Assembly (NCBI GenBank): GCA_963774805.1
Contig: CAVZGK010000001.1
Coordinates: forward strand, 58,610-122,609
Length of the DNA stretch: 64,000 bases
Source: an uncultured Acidobacteriota bacterium
Lineage (GTDB): Bacteria > Acidobacteriota > Terriglobia > Acidiferrales > UBA7541
Direction of reading: 5' to 3'
Positions within the stretch are counted from its first letter, which is position 1. Every line of letters starts with the position of its first letter. Position numbers and translations under genes: made by a program. The notes under the pieces were generated by a model that searched no databases, had not been told where the DNA came from, and was given only the letters and a program-made list of their open reading frames with translations. Shown here piece after piece: positions 48,206 through 57,511 of this stretch.

Positions 48206-48342
48206 TGCAATTATGATGTCGCGAAGCGCGGGAAGTTGCAACGCAGGAATTGGCGCGGCCGCTCCGTGTACCAAAGCAGAATCCCGCGCCGTTACACCGG
48301 ATATGTGGTTCGTAGCTGGTTTCCACTCTTCCCGTGCGGCTC

Positions 48343-48840
48343 TCAGTCGTTGCGCGTGGGCAGGTTGCGGGCGCTGTAGTCAAAATTTTTGGTTTCCAGC
48401 GCCACCGTGATGCGTGTAAGAGACTGCCCCAGCAGCGCATTAACGCGCGCCGGAAGTTCCGGATCGCCCGCCGTGTCTTTTTCCTTGCTGCATTCCAGCT
48501 GGGCTTTTTCCAGCAGGCGCAGACTTTCCGACATGCGGTTGGGCCAAGTCATCCGGGCGCTGACCTTCGGAACGGCATGAGATTTCTTGCGTTCCGGGCC
48601 CGCCTCCTTGTCGATCTCGGCCAGCACGTCGTCAATGTTGGCGATCGTCAGGCTGACTTCATCCTGCGAACTCTCGGCGAGTCCATTCGTGTTCGCGCGC
48701 TGTAACAGCACGCGAGCCAGACGCAGATCGTCCCGCGCCCGCAGGTAGCCAGGATGCTTGTTACCCGCCTGCGCGGTGCCAGCCAGGCACAGGGACATCG
48801 CCAGTAGCGCCCACGGGTTTAATCTCATGCGCCTCATCAT
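48343..48840 (-). CDS. Secreted hypothetical protein
   Basis: GGAGG RBS. Signal peptide MMRRMRLNPWALLAMSLCLAGTAQA. Helical, charged composition. No family recognised. Confidence 0.55.
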   Translation of the reverse strand: MMRRMRLNPWALLAMSLCLAGTAQAGNKHPGYLRARDDLRLARVLLQRANTNGLAESSQDEVSLTIANIDDVLAEIDKEAGPERKKSHAVPKVSARMTWPNRMSESLRLLEKAQLECSKEKDTAGDPELPARVNALLGQSLTRITVALETKNFDYSARNLPTRND

Positions 48841-49294
48841 CTCAGTCAGACCTCCGTCTGATACAAGCTTCAGGGATAGAACGGCGGCTGGCGATAGTAC
48901 GTAGGTCCCGAAAATGCCCGACCAGTACTAACGAACCGGAATCTGAATGTCATAATTCTGTGAAAGGAAACGAGTTCTGAGCAGAGTCAGTCGGAGGCTG
49001 TTCGTACTTCCTGACCGGGTGCCGTACGCTATGGGTTTCAACGGTGTGGCTCTAGACTCGAGGCTATCTCCGTCTTACCCTCGCGCACAACTTTTTGAAA
49101 GTTCTTCGAAATCGCAATCCAAGCCCGCACTCTTGAATTTCACGAGGGTGCGGCATCCGTCAGACTCGAGATCCAAAAATCGGCCCGTTCTCCGGTATTT
49201 TTTAGCTTGCCCGGAAGCGAAATCCATTAGAGAGTAGGAGGGTACTGGGGGGCAGGTTTCGGGATTTTGGGCCATCTGCAGAAGGAGTGCTACC

Positions 49295-50161
49295 ATGCCG
49301 CTGCAAAATTCAGATATCTGGTTTATTACGGGATGCTCGACGGGCTTCGGGCGGGAGCTCGCCAAGTTGGTGTTGGATCGCGGCTACCGGGCGGTAATCA
49401 CCGCGCGCGACCCCTCGCAGATTCAGGATCTCACCGCTCACCATGATGGCCGGGCATTTGTTCTTCCGTTGGACGTGACCGACAAGCAGCAGGTCGCCAA
49501 TGCGGTGGAGCAAGCGGAGCAGAAATTCGGGCGCATCGATGTCCTCGTAAATAACGCCGGGTTTGGTTACGTCGGCGCGCTCGAAGAGAGCGACGAAGCC
49601 GAAGTGCGCTCCATGATGGAAACCAACTTTTTCGGCCTGGCCCGCATGATCCACGAAGTTCTGCCCGGGATGCGCCGCCGCCGGCACGGCAGTATCGTCA
49701 ACATTTCCTCCATCGGCGGTCTGGTCGGATTTCCCGGTGTGGGCTACTACAATGCCACCAAGTTCGCGGTCGAGGGACTCTCCGAAGCTCTCTCCAAGGA
49801 AGTCGCTCCCCTGGGCATCAAGGTTCTGGTGGTTGAGCCGGGGCCGTTCCGCACGGATTGGGCTGGGCGTTCCCTGAAAAAGAGCACGCGCCAGATTGCG
49901 GAGTACGCGCAGACGTCGGGAGTGTTTCGCGAGCGCATCACCAGCCGCAGCGGCAAGCAGGCCGGCGATCCGGTGCGCGCCGCAGAAGCCATCGTCAAGG
50001 CGCTGGAGTCCAGCAACCCTCCGTTGCACCTGGTCCTGGGTTTGATCGCTCTGGAAACCGCGCGCACGCAAGTGGAAAAATTGCGAAGTGAACTGGACGC
50101 GTGGGAAGACACAGCGTTGAGCGCGGACTTTCCGGAAGCGCAAGCGGCTACCGCCGGATAG
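49295..50161 (+). CDS. SDR-family oxidoreductase (classical short-chain dehydrogenase)
   Basis: ITGCSTGFGRE, NNAGFG and YNATKFAVEG. Confidence 0.9.
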   Translation: MPLQNSDIWFITGCSTGFGRELAKLVLDRGYRAVITARDPSQIQDLTAHHDGRAFVLPLDVTDKQQVANAVEQAEQKFGRIDVLVNNAGFGYVGALEESDEAEVRSMMETNFFGLARMIHEVLPGMRRRRHGSIVNISSIGGLVGFPGVGYYNATKFAVEGLSEALSKEVAPLGIKVLVVEPGPFRTDWAGRSLKKSTRQIAEYAQTSGVFRERITSRSGKQAGDPVRAAEAIVKALESSNPPLHLVLGLIALETARTQVEKLRSELDAWEDTALSADFPEAQAATAG

Positions 50162-50208
50162 TCTCGACATAGGCAGGCGTCCCGGCCGCCTCTGGCCGGG
50201 ACATTCTT

Positions 50209-51480
50209 CTAAACCCACTCTCCTGAGCGCATCACCGGTTCCGTCGAGCCCGACGCGCTGATCCCGTCCACATCGATCTGTTTCGAGCCAATCATCCAGT
50301 CGACGTGAATCAGGCTTTCGTTGGCTCCGCGCGCGGCCAGTTCCTCGGGAGACATCTTGTCGCCGTCCTGAATGCAGCTGCTGTACGCCTGTCCCAGCGC
50401 AATGTGGCACGCGGCGTTTTCGTCAAACAGCGTATTCATGAACAGCAATCCGCTCGCGGAAATGGGCGAAGAGTGCGGCACGAGCGAAACTTCTCCCAGG
50501 CGGCGCGCTCCCTCATCCGTTTCAATCATCCGTTGCAATACCTGCTCGCCTCGCGCGGCGTGGGCCTCCACGATTTTTCCACCTTCAAATCGCACCGAAA
50601 TCTTTTCGATCATCGTGCCCTGGTGGGAAAGCGGCTTGGTGCTGGTCACTTGGCCTTCCACGCGGTCTTTATGCGGTGTGGTGAAGACTTCTTCGGTCGG
50701 CATATTGGCGATGCCGTACAATCCGTTGAGCGCCGTCTTTCCGCCGCCCAGCCACAAGTGCCCGTCGGACAGACCCACCCGCAGGTCCGTGCCCGGGCCG
50801 CGGAAGTGCAGCGTCGAGTATCGCTTTTCGTTCAGCCTGTTCGCGCTGGCATGCAGCTTCGCATCGTGTTCTTTCCAGGCTTTCACCGGGTCGGGCTGGT
50901 CCGCGCGGGACGCCGCGAAAATGGCCTTCCACAACCGTGCCATGGCTTCCTCCTGCGGCAAGTCGGGAAACACGGCTGCCGCCCAGGCCGGAGTGGCGCA
51001 GGCCACAATCGTCCAGTTAATTTCGTGGCGGGTGATCAGTTCCAGCGCCGGCCGGTAGGCCTTGGACATCGAGCGATTCGCCCGGCTGACCTTGTCCGGA
51101 TCTTCTTTAGAGAGCAGCGAGGGATTGTTCCCGGAAATCGCCAGGCGCGCTGCGCCGTTGCGGAAGGCCTGCGCCATTCCCTCGTACAGCCAGCCCGCCG
51201 CCGTATCGAATGCCGCGCCTTGCCCGTGCCGAAATCGCAGCAGCGCAGCCTCCTCGTCCACGAATAGCGTGGTGACCAGCGATGCGCCGGCCTTGTAAGC
51301 GTGCTCCGTGATGCGCCGCGCCAGTAGCGCCGAGTCCAGGGTCGCGGTCATCACCAGTTCCTGCCCCGGCGCCAGACCCAGGCCGGCGCGCACGGCCACT
51401 TCGGCCAGGCGATCCAGATTCTTTTCAAATTCGGGAGTGGAAAACGACTGTACTTTGGAGGATGCCGTCGTGGTGTTCAT
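50209..51480 (-). CDS. M29-family aminopeptidase (AmpS/PepS-like)
   Basis: About 420 aa from the ATG at 51480. Family-like blocks include ...NMPTEEVFTTP... and ...HIALGQAY... Confidence 0.75.
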   Translation of the reverse strand: MNTTTASSKVQSFSTPEFEKNLDRLAEVAVRAGLGLAPGQELVMTATLDSALLARRITEHAYKAGASLVTTLFVDEEAALLRFRHGQGAAFDTAAGWLYEGMAQAFRNGAARLAISGNNPSLLSKEDPDKVSRANRSMSKAYRPALELITRHEINWTIVACATPAWAAAVFPDLPQEEAMARLWKAIFAASRADQPDPVKAWKEHDAKLHASANRLNEKRYSTLHFRGPGTDLRVGLSDGHLWLGGGKTALNGLYGIANMPTEEVFTTPHKDRVEGQVTSTKPLSHQGTMIEKISVRFEGGKIVEAHAARGEQVLQRMIETDEGARRLGEVSLVPHSSPISASGLLFMNTLFDENAACHIALGQAYSSCIQDGDKMSPEELAARGANESLIHVDWMIGSKQIDVDGISASGSTEPVMRSGEWV

Positions 51481-51610
51481 GCGCACGATTATCGCGCGGC
51501 CCACAGGCGGTTGACAATCCAAAGAAGGCGAAGAAGGCAACTCCGATTTGAAGACGGACGCCCTACGGGATAACCAATCGCCGGCTGCCGAACTTTATTT
51601 GTTTGTTCGA

Positions 51611-51648
51611 AAACAAAAATGGGGAGAAAGGCCGTGGCCTTTCTCCCC
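51611..51648 (-). terminator. Strong Rho-independent terminator of the pilin gene
   Basis: GGGGAGAAAGGCC/GGCCTTTCTCCCC stem. On the minus strand it is followed by ATTTTTGTTTT. Confidence 0.8.
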
Positions 51649-51674
51649 AAATTTTTTCTTGTGCTGCGGCGAAC

Positions 51675-52160
51675 TTATCCGATTGGGGTGCTGGTAGCCG
51701 TCGGGGTCGTGCCGTCGGTGGTCTGACGAATCACGCCGCTCTCGTTCGTGAAGAATTGGCGCTGACCGGTGGAGCTGGAAGAGGGAACCGCCAGAATCGT
51801 GTACTGCGTAACCGGCGCCGTCGAAGTTGCTGGCGTGTAGGTAAAGGAATAGCCGCTCTTCACTGGATTTCCGGCAGCGCCGAGCAGGTTATCCACCAGG
51901 TCGGCCGAAGAAGCGCTCGGCGATCCACCACCGGATACCGGACCCAACTGCGAAAAGTCTGTGGTGGGATCTGTCGCGTAGGTCGTGTTATACGCCGCGA
52001 TCGCCGTATTGTACGTGCGCAGCGAAGCCACGGCAGACGCCTCATTGGCCGCCATTTTTGAGCGCAGCAGGTTCGGAATCGCGATGGCCGCGATAATCAG
52101 GATGATGGCAACCACGATCAGCAGTTCGATCAACGAAAAACCCTTCTGATTACTCCGCAT
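51675..52160 (-). CDS. Type IV pilin / pseudopilin with an N-terminal prepilin methylation motif
   Basis: MRSNQKG then FSLIELLIVVAIILIIAAIAIPNLL, the class III signal peptide. GGAGGAGG RBS. Confidence 0.85.
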   Translation of the reverse strand: MRSNQKGFSLIELLIVVAIILIIAAIAIPNLLRSKMAANEASAVASLRTYNTAIAAYNTTYATDPTTDFSQLGPVSGGGSPSASSADLVDNLLGAAGNPVKSGYSFTYTPATSTAPVTQYTILAVPSSSSTGQRQFFTNESGVIRQTTDGTTPTATSTPIG

Positions 52161-52233
52161 CTTTACCGCCTCCTCCGTCGCTATTCGACGCCGAGATATT
52201 TGTGAGCCGTGGCTCATTCATGGAATTCTCATT

Positions 52234-52249
52234 GGCAAAACAAGTTCCA
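52234..52249 (-). promoter_or_regulatory. Sigma-54 (-24/-12) promoter of the pilin gene
   Basis: The minus strand reads TGGAACTTGTTTTGCC, with GG-N10-GC spacing and an exact TTGC. It lies about 75 nt upstream of the ATG at 52160. Confidence 0.55.
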
Positions 52250-52444
52250 AATCGCACGAAGGACGGTTTTTGATTCGACACGCAGGCAACAAGTCACGAT
52301 CTATGAATTATTTGCAGGCGAGGTTGGCCCGGCATGGCATCTGCCGGAACCGCGCTGGAGGCGCAGAAAGTTCAAGTCTGTCGACAGAAAACGTCAGCCT
52401 GGATTGACGGAAAATGTCGATGCCCGCTAGTCATTGACGGAATT

Positions 52445-53788
52445 TTAGAGCTTCGACGCCGCTCGCCCGGCCAAGAAGCGATCCTGGATTATCACCGCTG
52501 CGTGTAGGACCAAAGAGTCCTGCGAAAGATCCGCCGTCAGTTGCAGGCCAAGCGGCAGACCGGCGACCGGCATTGGTACGGAGATCGCCGGCGTTCCGAG
52601 CGCGCTCCATGGCGCGTTCATTCGGGGATCGCCGGTGGTGTTCAGGCCCAGTGGTGCGGGTCCTGTGGCGGCGGGAGTAAGAATTACGGGCGTGTCCTTG
52701 AAGATTTCCGCCAGCTTCGAACGGCTTTCCGCGATGTACTTTTGGGATTTGCCGTACTCTTCGTCCGGAATTTTCAATCCTTTGCGAACCAGCGCCGCGA
52801 GCTCCGGATCCAGTCGATCGCCAAACTCCTGCAGGCGGGCTTCATGGAAGCGCGCGCCCTCATAGAACATCAGCGTGTCGTTCGCGGCGTCCAGTTTCTT
52901 GAGCATTTCCGCAATACCGATGCTGCGAATTTCCAGGCCCGAATGGCGTAACGTCGCCAGGCTTCGCTGAAATTGCGCCGCCATTTCCGGATCGCACTCG
53001 GGCGCGGGATCGGGGGCCGCGAAAACAAAATGTTCCCGGCGATCCTCGGCGTGGCCGAGCGCTTTCCACAGCGCCAGCATATCCGCCGGGGTATGCGTGA
53101 AAAATCCGAGCGTATCCAGACTTTTGGATACCGGCAGCATTCCCTCCGTTGGCAGCAGATCGAACGTCGGCTTGAATCCGGTGACTCCGCAATAGGACGC
53201 AGGGCGAATGATCGATCCGCGCGTTTGCTCTCCGACCGCGAAGGGAATCATGTTCGCGGCGATCGCCGCCGCTGATCCGCTGGAGCTTCCGCCGGGGGTG
53301 TGTTCCAGATTTCGCGGGTTTCTGGTCGGCCCCGGCGTGCGATAGGCAAACGCGGTGGTGACCGTCTTGCCCAGCAGCACCGCGCCCCGTTCGCGCAGCT
53401 CGCGAATGAGGGCAGCGTCCTCGGTTCCCACGCGCCCCTTGTACAGCGGGGATCCGTACTCGGTGGCAAGCCCCTTCGTCTCGAGAATGTCTTTCGCGCC
53501 GAAGGGAATTCCAAAGAGCGGACCGTCTCCCGTGGGCTGCTCGGGATGCACCTCCACCCAGGCGTGGATGGATGGCTCCATTTCCTTGATGCGGTTGAGG
53601 CATTGCTCCACGCCGCGTTTGCGCGAATCGCGATCCGCGGCCAGCCACTGCCGAAAGGTTTCAAGGCGCGGAGGTTCCGCGGCGGCGCCGCGCGCTACCG
53701 GCGCGCCAGCCATTTCGAACATCCCCGCGGCAGCGCCTGCGGCGGCGCTGGTCTTTAGAAAATCACGCCTCGTAAATTTCATGATCAT
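52445..53788 (-). CDS. Amidase-signature family amidase with a Tat-type signal
   Basis: MIMKFTRRDFLKTSAAAGAAAG and the GGSSSGSAAAIA signature. Confidence 0.85.
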   Translation of the reverse strand: MIMKFTRRDFLKTSAAAGAAAGMFEMAGAPVARGAAAEPPRLETFRQWLAADRDSRKRGVEQCLNRIKEMEPSIHAWVEVHPEQPTGDGPLFGIPFGAKDILETKGLATEYGSPLYKGRVGTEDAALIRELRERGAVLLGKTVTTAFAYRTPGPTRNPRNLEHTPGGSSSGSAAAIAANMIPFAVGEQTRGSIIRPASYCGVTGFKPTFDLLPTEGMLPVSKSLDTLGFFTHTPADMLALWKALGHAEDRREHFVFAAPDPAPECDPEMAAQFQRSLATLRHSGLEIRSIGIAEMLKKLDAANDTLMFYEGARFHEARLQEFGDRLDPELAALVRKGLKIPDEEYGKSQKYIAESRSKLAEIFKDTPVILTPAATGPAPLGLNTTGDPRMNAPWSALGTPAISVPMPVAGLPLGLQLTADLSQDSLVLHAAVIIQDRFLAGRAASKL

Positions 53789-54031
53789 TCGCGCCCCTTT
53801 GCGCGATACGTACTGCGGTCACGTTCCTGCTCGTACATTGCGGAGACTTCAGCTTCACAGGCAGCAGACGATGCTCAAAATCTCTCACACTTGCCCCGCG
53901 CGTGTCACCGGATTCCAGCACGGCTGTAAAACCGTTGCCTCTACCGGCTGGCGTCGAAGAGAGTCATTCACGCCCGCACTTGCCCGAACTCGCGCCGGCG
54001 AACTAAAATCCGCCCAGAGGACTTTCCAGAC

Positions 54032-54928
54032 ATGACGCTACCCATGAACCCAGGCAGGAGAAGTGTGATGAAGTGGGGAATCGCATCGGCGGGCATTCCA
54101 CTTGCTGCGCATGCGCTGGCGCCCGCCGCGGCGGCAAGTCCAATGCCGGACGACTCGTCTGAGCGCGGCGGTGCCTCCGTGACGCTGCGTCCTGGCCTGC
54201 AAATCCATTACAAGGACGAATGGTTCGGCGCGCCATGGCTCGATCCCCAGGCTGTCGTTTTCCTGCACGGCAATCTGGAAACGAATTCGATCTGGTACGG
54301 CTGGGTGCCGCGCATGGCGCAGCGCTATCGCCTGCTGCTGCCCGATCTGCCGGGATACGGCGGCTCCACGGCGCCCGCGGATTTCGAATGGTCGCTCGAG
54401 AATTTTGCCAAGGTCACTGCGGAATTTCTGGACAAGCTGGGCCTGCAGTCCGCGCACATTGTCGGCGCGAAAACGGGAGGCGCGATCGCCATGCAGTTCG
54501 CGGCCATGTACCCGCAGCGCACTCGGAGCATCGTGGTGGCCAGCGGGCCGTTCACGGCCGTGGGGCCCAGCGTGGAAAACAACTCGCAGCAATTGCGTCT
54601 CGGGACGTCCGCCTCGAAGGAAGAGATCGCCTATTTCGACAAAATGAGGGACGACACCCGGCCGGAAACACGGAAGGGAATGGGGAAGGTGATTACATCG
54701 ATCAATGTCGAAGGTCTGCTGCCGCTCATCACCGCTCCCGCGCTGATCATCACCACGGACCGCAATGCGTTGCAAACCATCGAAACGGTTCTTCGCTACC
54801 AGCCGAAAATTCCGAATTCGCGCCTGCTCGTCGTCACCAGTGATGCGTACCATGTCGCCGTTTCCAACCCCGAGGAGTGCGTCACCAGCGCTCTGGCGTT
54901 TATGGAAGAGAGCAAAAAGCCGGCCTGA
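54032..54928 (+). CDS. Exported alpha/beta-hydrolase-fold protein with a non-canonical nucleophile elbow
   Basis: VVFLHGN...LLPDLPGYGGS...HIVGAKTGGAIAMQFA. The G-x-S-x-G position reads G-A-K-T-G. Confidence 0.7.
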   Translation: MTLPMNPGRRSVMKWGIASAGIPLAAHALAPAAAASPMPDDSSERGGASVTLRPGLQIHYKDEWFGAPWLDPQAVVFLHGNLETNSIWYGWVPRMAQRYRLLLPDLPGYGGSTAPADFEWSLENFAKVTAEFLDKLGLQSAHIVGAKTGGAIAMQFAAMYPQRTRSIVVASGPFTAVGPSVENNSQQLRLGTSASKEEIAYFDKMRDDTRPETRKGMGKVITSINVEGLLPLITAPALIITTDRNALQTIETVLRYQPKIPNSRLLVVTSDAYHVAVSNPEECVTSALAFMEESKKPA

Positions 54929-55026
54929 TCCCGCCGCTTTGTTTTCGCATGCCTTTTCCGGGCGGGAGCGTACGATAACCGTAGGGGACGCCTCGATGGA
55001 AGGCTCCTCCCTGTGGGAGATATCCA

Positions 55027-56436
55027 ATGACGGAATTTCGCACGGAACGGGACAGTATGGGCGAGGTGCGCGTTCCGGCCGACAAACTCTGGGGCGCGCA
55101 AACGCAGCGGTCGCTGGAACATTTCAGCATCGGCCGGGACTTGATGCCCGCCGAAATGATCTCGGCCTATGCCATTCTGAAAAAAGCCTCGGCCCTGGCG
55201 AATTTTACGTTGCGCCAGCTCGATCAATCGCGTTGTGACCTGATCGTAAAAGTCTGCGATGAAATCCTTGCCGGCCGGCACCAGGATATGTTTCCGCTGC
55301 ACGTCTGGATGACGGGCAGCGGCACGCAATTCAACATGAACGTGAACGAAGTGATTTCCAATCGCTGCAGCCAGCTGGCTGGAAAGGCGCTCGGGAGTAA
55401 AACTCCCGTTCATCCCAACGACCACGTCAATCTGTCGCAGTCCTCGAACGATTCCTTTCCCTCGGCGATGTACATCGCCGTGGCCATTGCCGTGAAGCAG
55501 CGACTTCTGCCATCGGTAACACAACTGCGCGACGCGATCGCCGCCAAGGCCGTCGAATGGAACGATATCGTGAAGATCGGCCGCACGCACATGCAGGACG
55601 CCACACCGATGACGCTGGGGCAGGAGTGGTCTGGCTACGCCAGCATGCTGGCGGACGATCTTGATCTCCTGGAGAATGCGCTGAAGGGAGTCTATCTCCT
55701 GTCGCTCGGCGGCACAGCAGTCGGCACCGGAATCAACGCGCCGCCCGGATTCGCCGAGCTTGCCGCGGCCGAGATCGCGCGCCTGACCGAGCTTCCGTTT
55801 GTCACCGCGCCCAATAAATTCGCGCTTCAGGGCGCGCACGATGCGCTCGTGCAATTCTCCGGAACATTGCGCACGCTGGCCGTCTCGCTCTACAAAATCG
55901 CCAATGACATTCGCCTGATGTCCTGCGGTCCGCGGGCCGGCTTTGCCGAACTGATCCTGCCGGAAAACGAGCCGGGCTCGTCCATCATGCCGGGAAAAGT
56001 GAATCCCACGCAGGCCGAGGCGCTGGCGATGGTCGCCGTGCAGGTGATGGCCAATGACGTGGCCGTGGGATTTGGCGGCGCCGGCGGGTACCTCGAGATG
56101 AACGTCTATAAGCCGCTGATCATTCACAACCTCGCGCACTCGATCGATATCTTGACCGACAGCTGCGCGAATTTTCGCAAGTTCCTGGTTGAGGGCACCC
56201 GTCCGAACTTGAAAAAAATGAAAGAAGACGTGGACCGTTCGCTGATGCTGGTGACGGCGCTTTCCCCGGTGATTGGTTACGACCAGGCCGCGAAGATCGC
56301 CCACTACGCCGCCGAGCACGATCTGACTTTGAAGGAAGCTGCCCTCAAGCTCGGCCTCGTGAGTGAGGCCGACTTCGATCGCCTGGTCGATCCTCGAAAA
56401 ATGGCTAAGCCGGATTCGGAGAGCCCGCCCGAATAG
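55027..56436 (+). CDS. fumC: Class II fumarate hydratase
   Basis: 469 aa. [13 protein letters not shown] signature and [10 protein letters not shown]. Confidence 0.95.
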   Translation: MTEFRTERDSMGEVRVPADKLWGAQTQRSLEHFSIGRDLMPAEMISAYAILKKASALANFTLRQLDQSRCDLIVKVCDEILAGRHQDMFPLHVWMTGSGTQFNMNVNEVISNRCSQLAGKALGSKTPVHPNDHVNLSQSSNDSFPSAMYIAVAIAVKQRLLPSVTQLRDAIAAKAVEWNDIVKIGRTHMQDATPMTLGQEWSGYASMLADDLDLLENALKGVYLLSLGGTAVGTGINAPPGFAELAAAEIARLTELPFVTAPNKFALQGAHDALVQFSGTLRTLAVSLYKIANDIRLMSCGPRAGFAELILPENEPGSSIMPGKVNPTQAEALAMVAVQVMANDVAVGFGGAGGYLEMNVYKPLIIHNLAHSIDILTDSCANFRKFLVEGTRPNLKKMKEDVDRSLMLVTALSPVIGYDQAAKIAHYAAEHDLTLKEAALKLGLVSEADFDRLVDPRKMAKPDSESPPE

Positions 56437-56579
56437 AGCCCCCGCCGTTCCTCAAGCTGTCCCTCCGCCGTCTACATAAGCACTGCCAAAAGCGGGTTCA
56501 TCGGTAATTGTGCCGGTCACGCCGTGATGAAGCGCGGCAGGGGAGAAGGATTCCCGCGCGTTTTGTGCCTAAAAATCGC

Positions 56580-56608
56580 TTGCACAATATTACACCATAT
56601 GGTGTAAT
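56580..56608 (+). promoter_or_regulatory. Sigma-70-type promoter (TTGCAC-N17-TGTAAT) overlapped by a perfect 20-bp palindrome; probable ArsR-family operator
   Basis: ATTACACCATATGGTGTAAT at 56589-56608 is perfectly self-complementary. The -10 ends 7 nt before the ATG at 56616. Confidence 0.6.
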
Positions 56609-56615
56609 GTAAGGC

Positions 56616-56948
56616 ATGGATCAACTGACCGACGTGCTCCTGGCCATTTCTCATCCCACCCGCCGCGCCATCATCGGCCAGTTGGCAAACGGGCCCGCCC
56701 GCTTCCTCGATATCGCCAAGCCGTTTGACACGGCGTTGAACGCCACCACCAAGCACCTCAAGGTGCTCGAACGGGCCGGACTGATCGGGCGCGAAAAGCG
56801 GGGCCGCGAGGTTCTGATTTCCTTTCGCGGCGAACCGCTGCGCGAAGTGGCGGGATGGATGCACGAATACGAGCGATTCTGGAACGAGCGCCTCGACGTG
56901 TTTCAGCAATATTTCAAGGACAAAAAGAGAAAGGAGAAGAAGCGATGA
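56616..56948 (+). CDS. ArsR/SmtB-family transcriptional regulator
   Basis: LLAISHPTRRAIIGQLANGP...HLKVLERAGLI. Confidence 0.85.
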   Translation: MDQLTDVLLAISHPTRRAIIGQLANGPARFLDIAKPFDTALNATTKHLKVLERAGLIGREKRGREVLISFRGEPLREVAGWMHEYERFWNERLDVFQQYFKDKKRKEKKR

Positions 56949-57376
56949 GCGATTTCAAGAAGACAATTGAGTTCAAGTTCGAGCGAACCATTCCCGCGCC
57001 CCTGGCCGAGGTGTTCGACGGCTGGCTCGATCCGAAGGTCCCCGGCAATCCGTGGAACATGGCCGAAAAACTGCTCCTCGATCCGAAAGTGGACGGCTTT
57101 TTTTACTGGCTCATCAGGGGAAATTCGCACTACGGCAGATTTACGGAGATGCAGCGGCCCCATCGGATGCAGCACACTTGGATGTCGCGCAGCACGGCGG
57201 GCGAAGAGACGACGGTCACATTGACCTTCAAACAGGAGGGAGAGAACACCGTGATGACTCTCCTGCATACCGGCATTCCCGACACGGACGCGGGAAAAGG
57301 GCACGAAAAGGGCTGGAACTACTTTTTGGATCTATTTCCGAAACATTTTGCGAGTGTTTCGCAGAAGAAGGAGTAG
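56945..57376 (+). CDS. SRPBCC/AHSA1 (Aha1-like) domain protein
   Basis: ATGA overlap with the arsR stop. ...FKFERTIPAPLAEVFDGWLDP...VTLTF.....T.MTL.H.G... Confidence 0.8.
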   Translation: MSDFKKTIEFKFERTIPAPLAEVFDGWLDPKVPGNPWNMAEKLLLDPKVDGFFYWLIRGNSHYGRFTEMQRPHRMQHTWMSRSTAGEETTVTLTFKQEGENTVMTLLHTGIPDTDAGKGHEKGWNYFLDLFPKHFASVSQKKE

Positions 57377-57511
57377 TTTATGGATTCACTCAACACCCAA
57401 ACCACGAAACTCGGGACTAGGTAAAGCCAGGGATTATTGCAGACCAGCCCGGAGTGGTATCGAGCCGACGGATTCCGCGCCGCCATCGCCTCCAAAGGCG
57501 CGGTTAAGCTT

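Noticed and set aside
49075-49365. 96-aa minus-strand ORF in the 450-bp spacer upstream of the SDR gene
   Set aside because: It overlaps the SDR start, has no convincing RBS and shows no recognisable family. The internal 50-aa version (MDFASGQAKKYRR...) remains possible but is unsupported.
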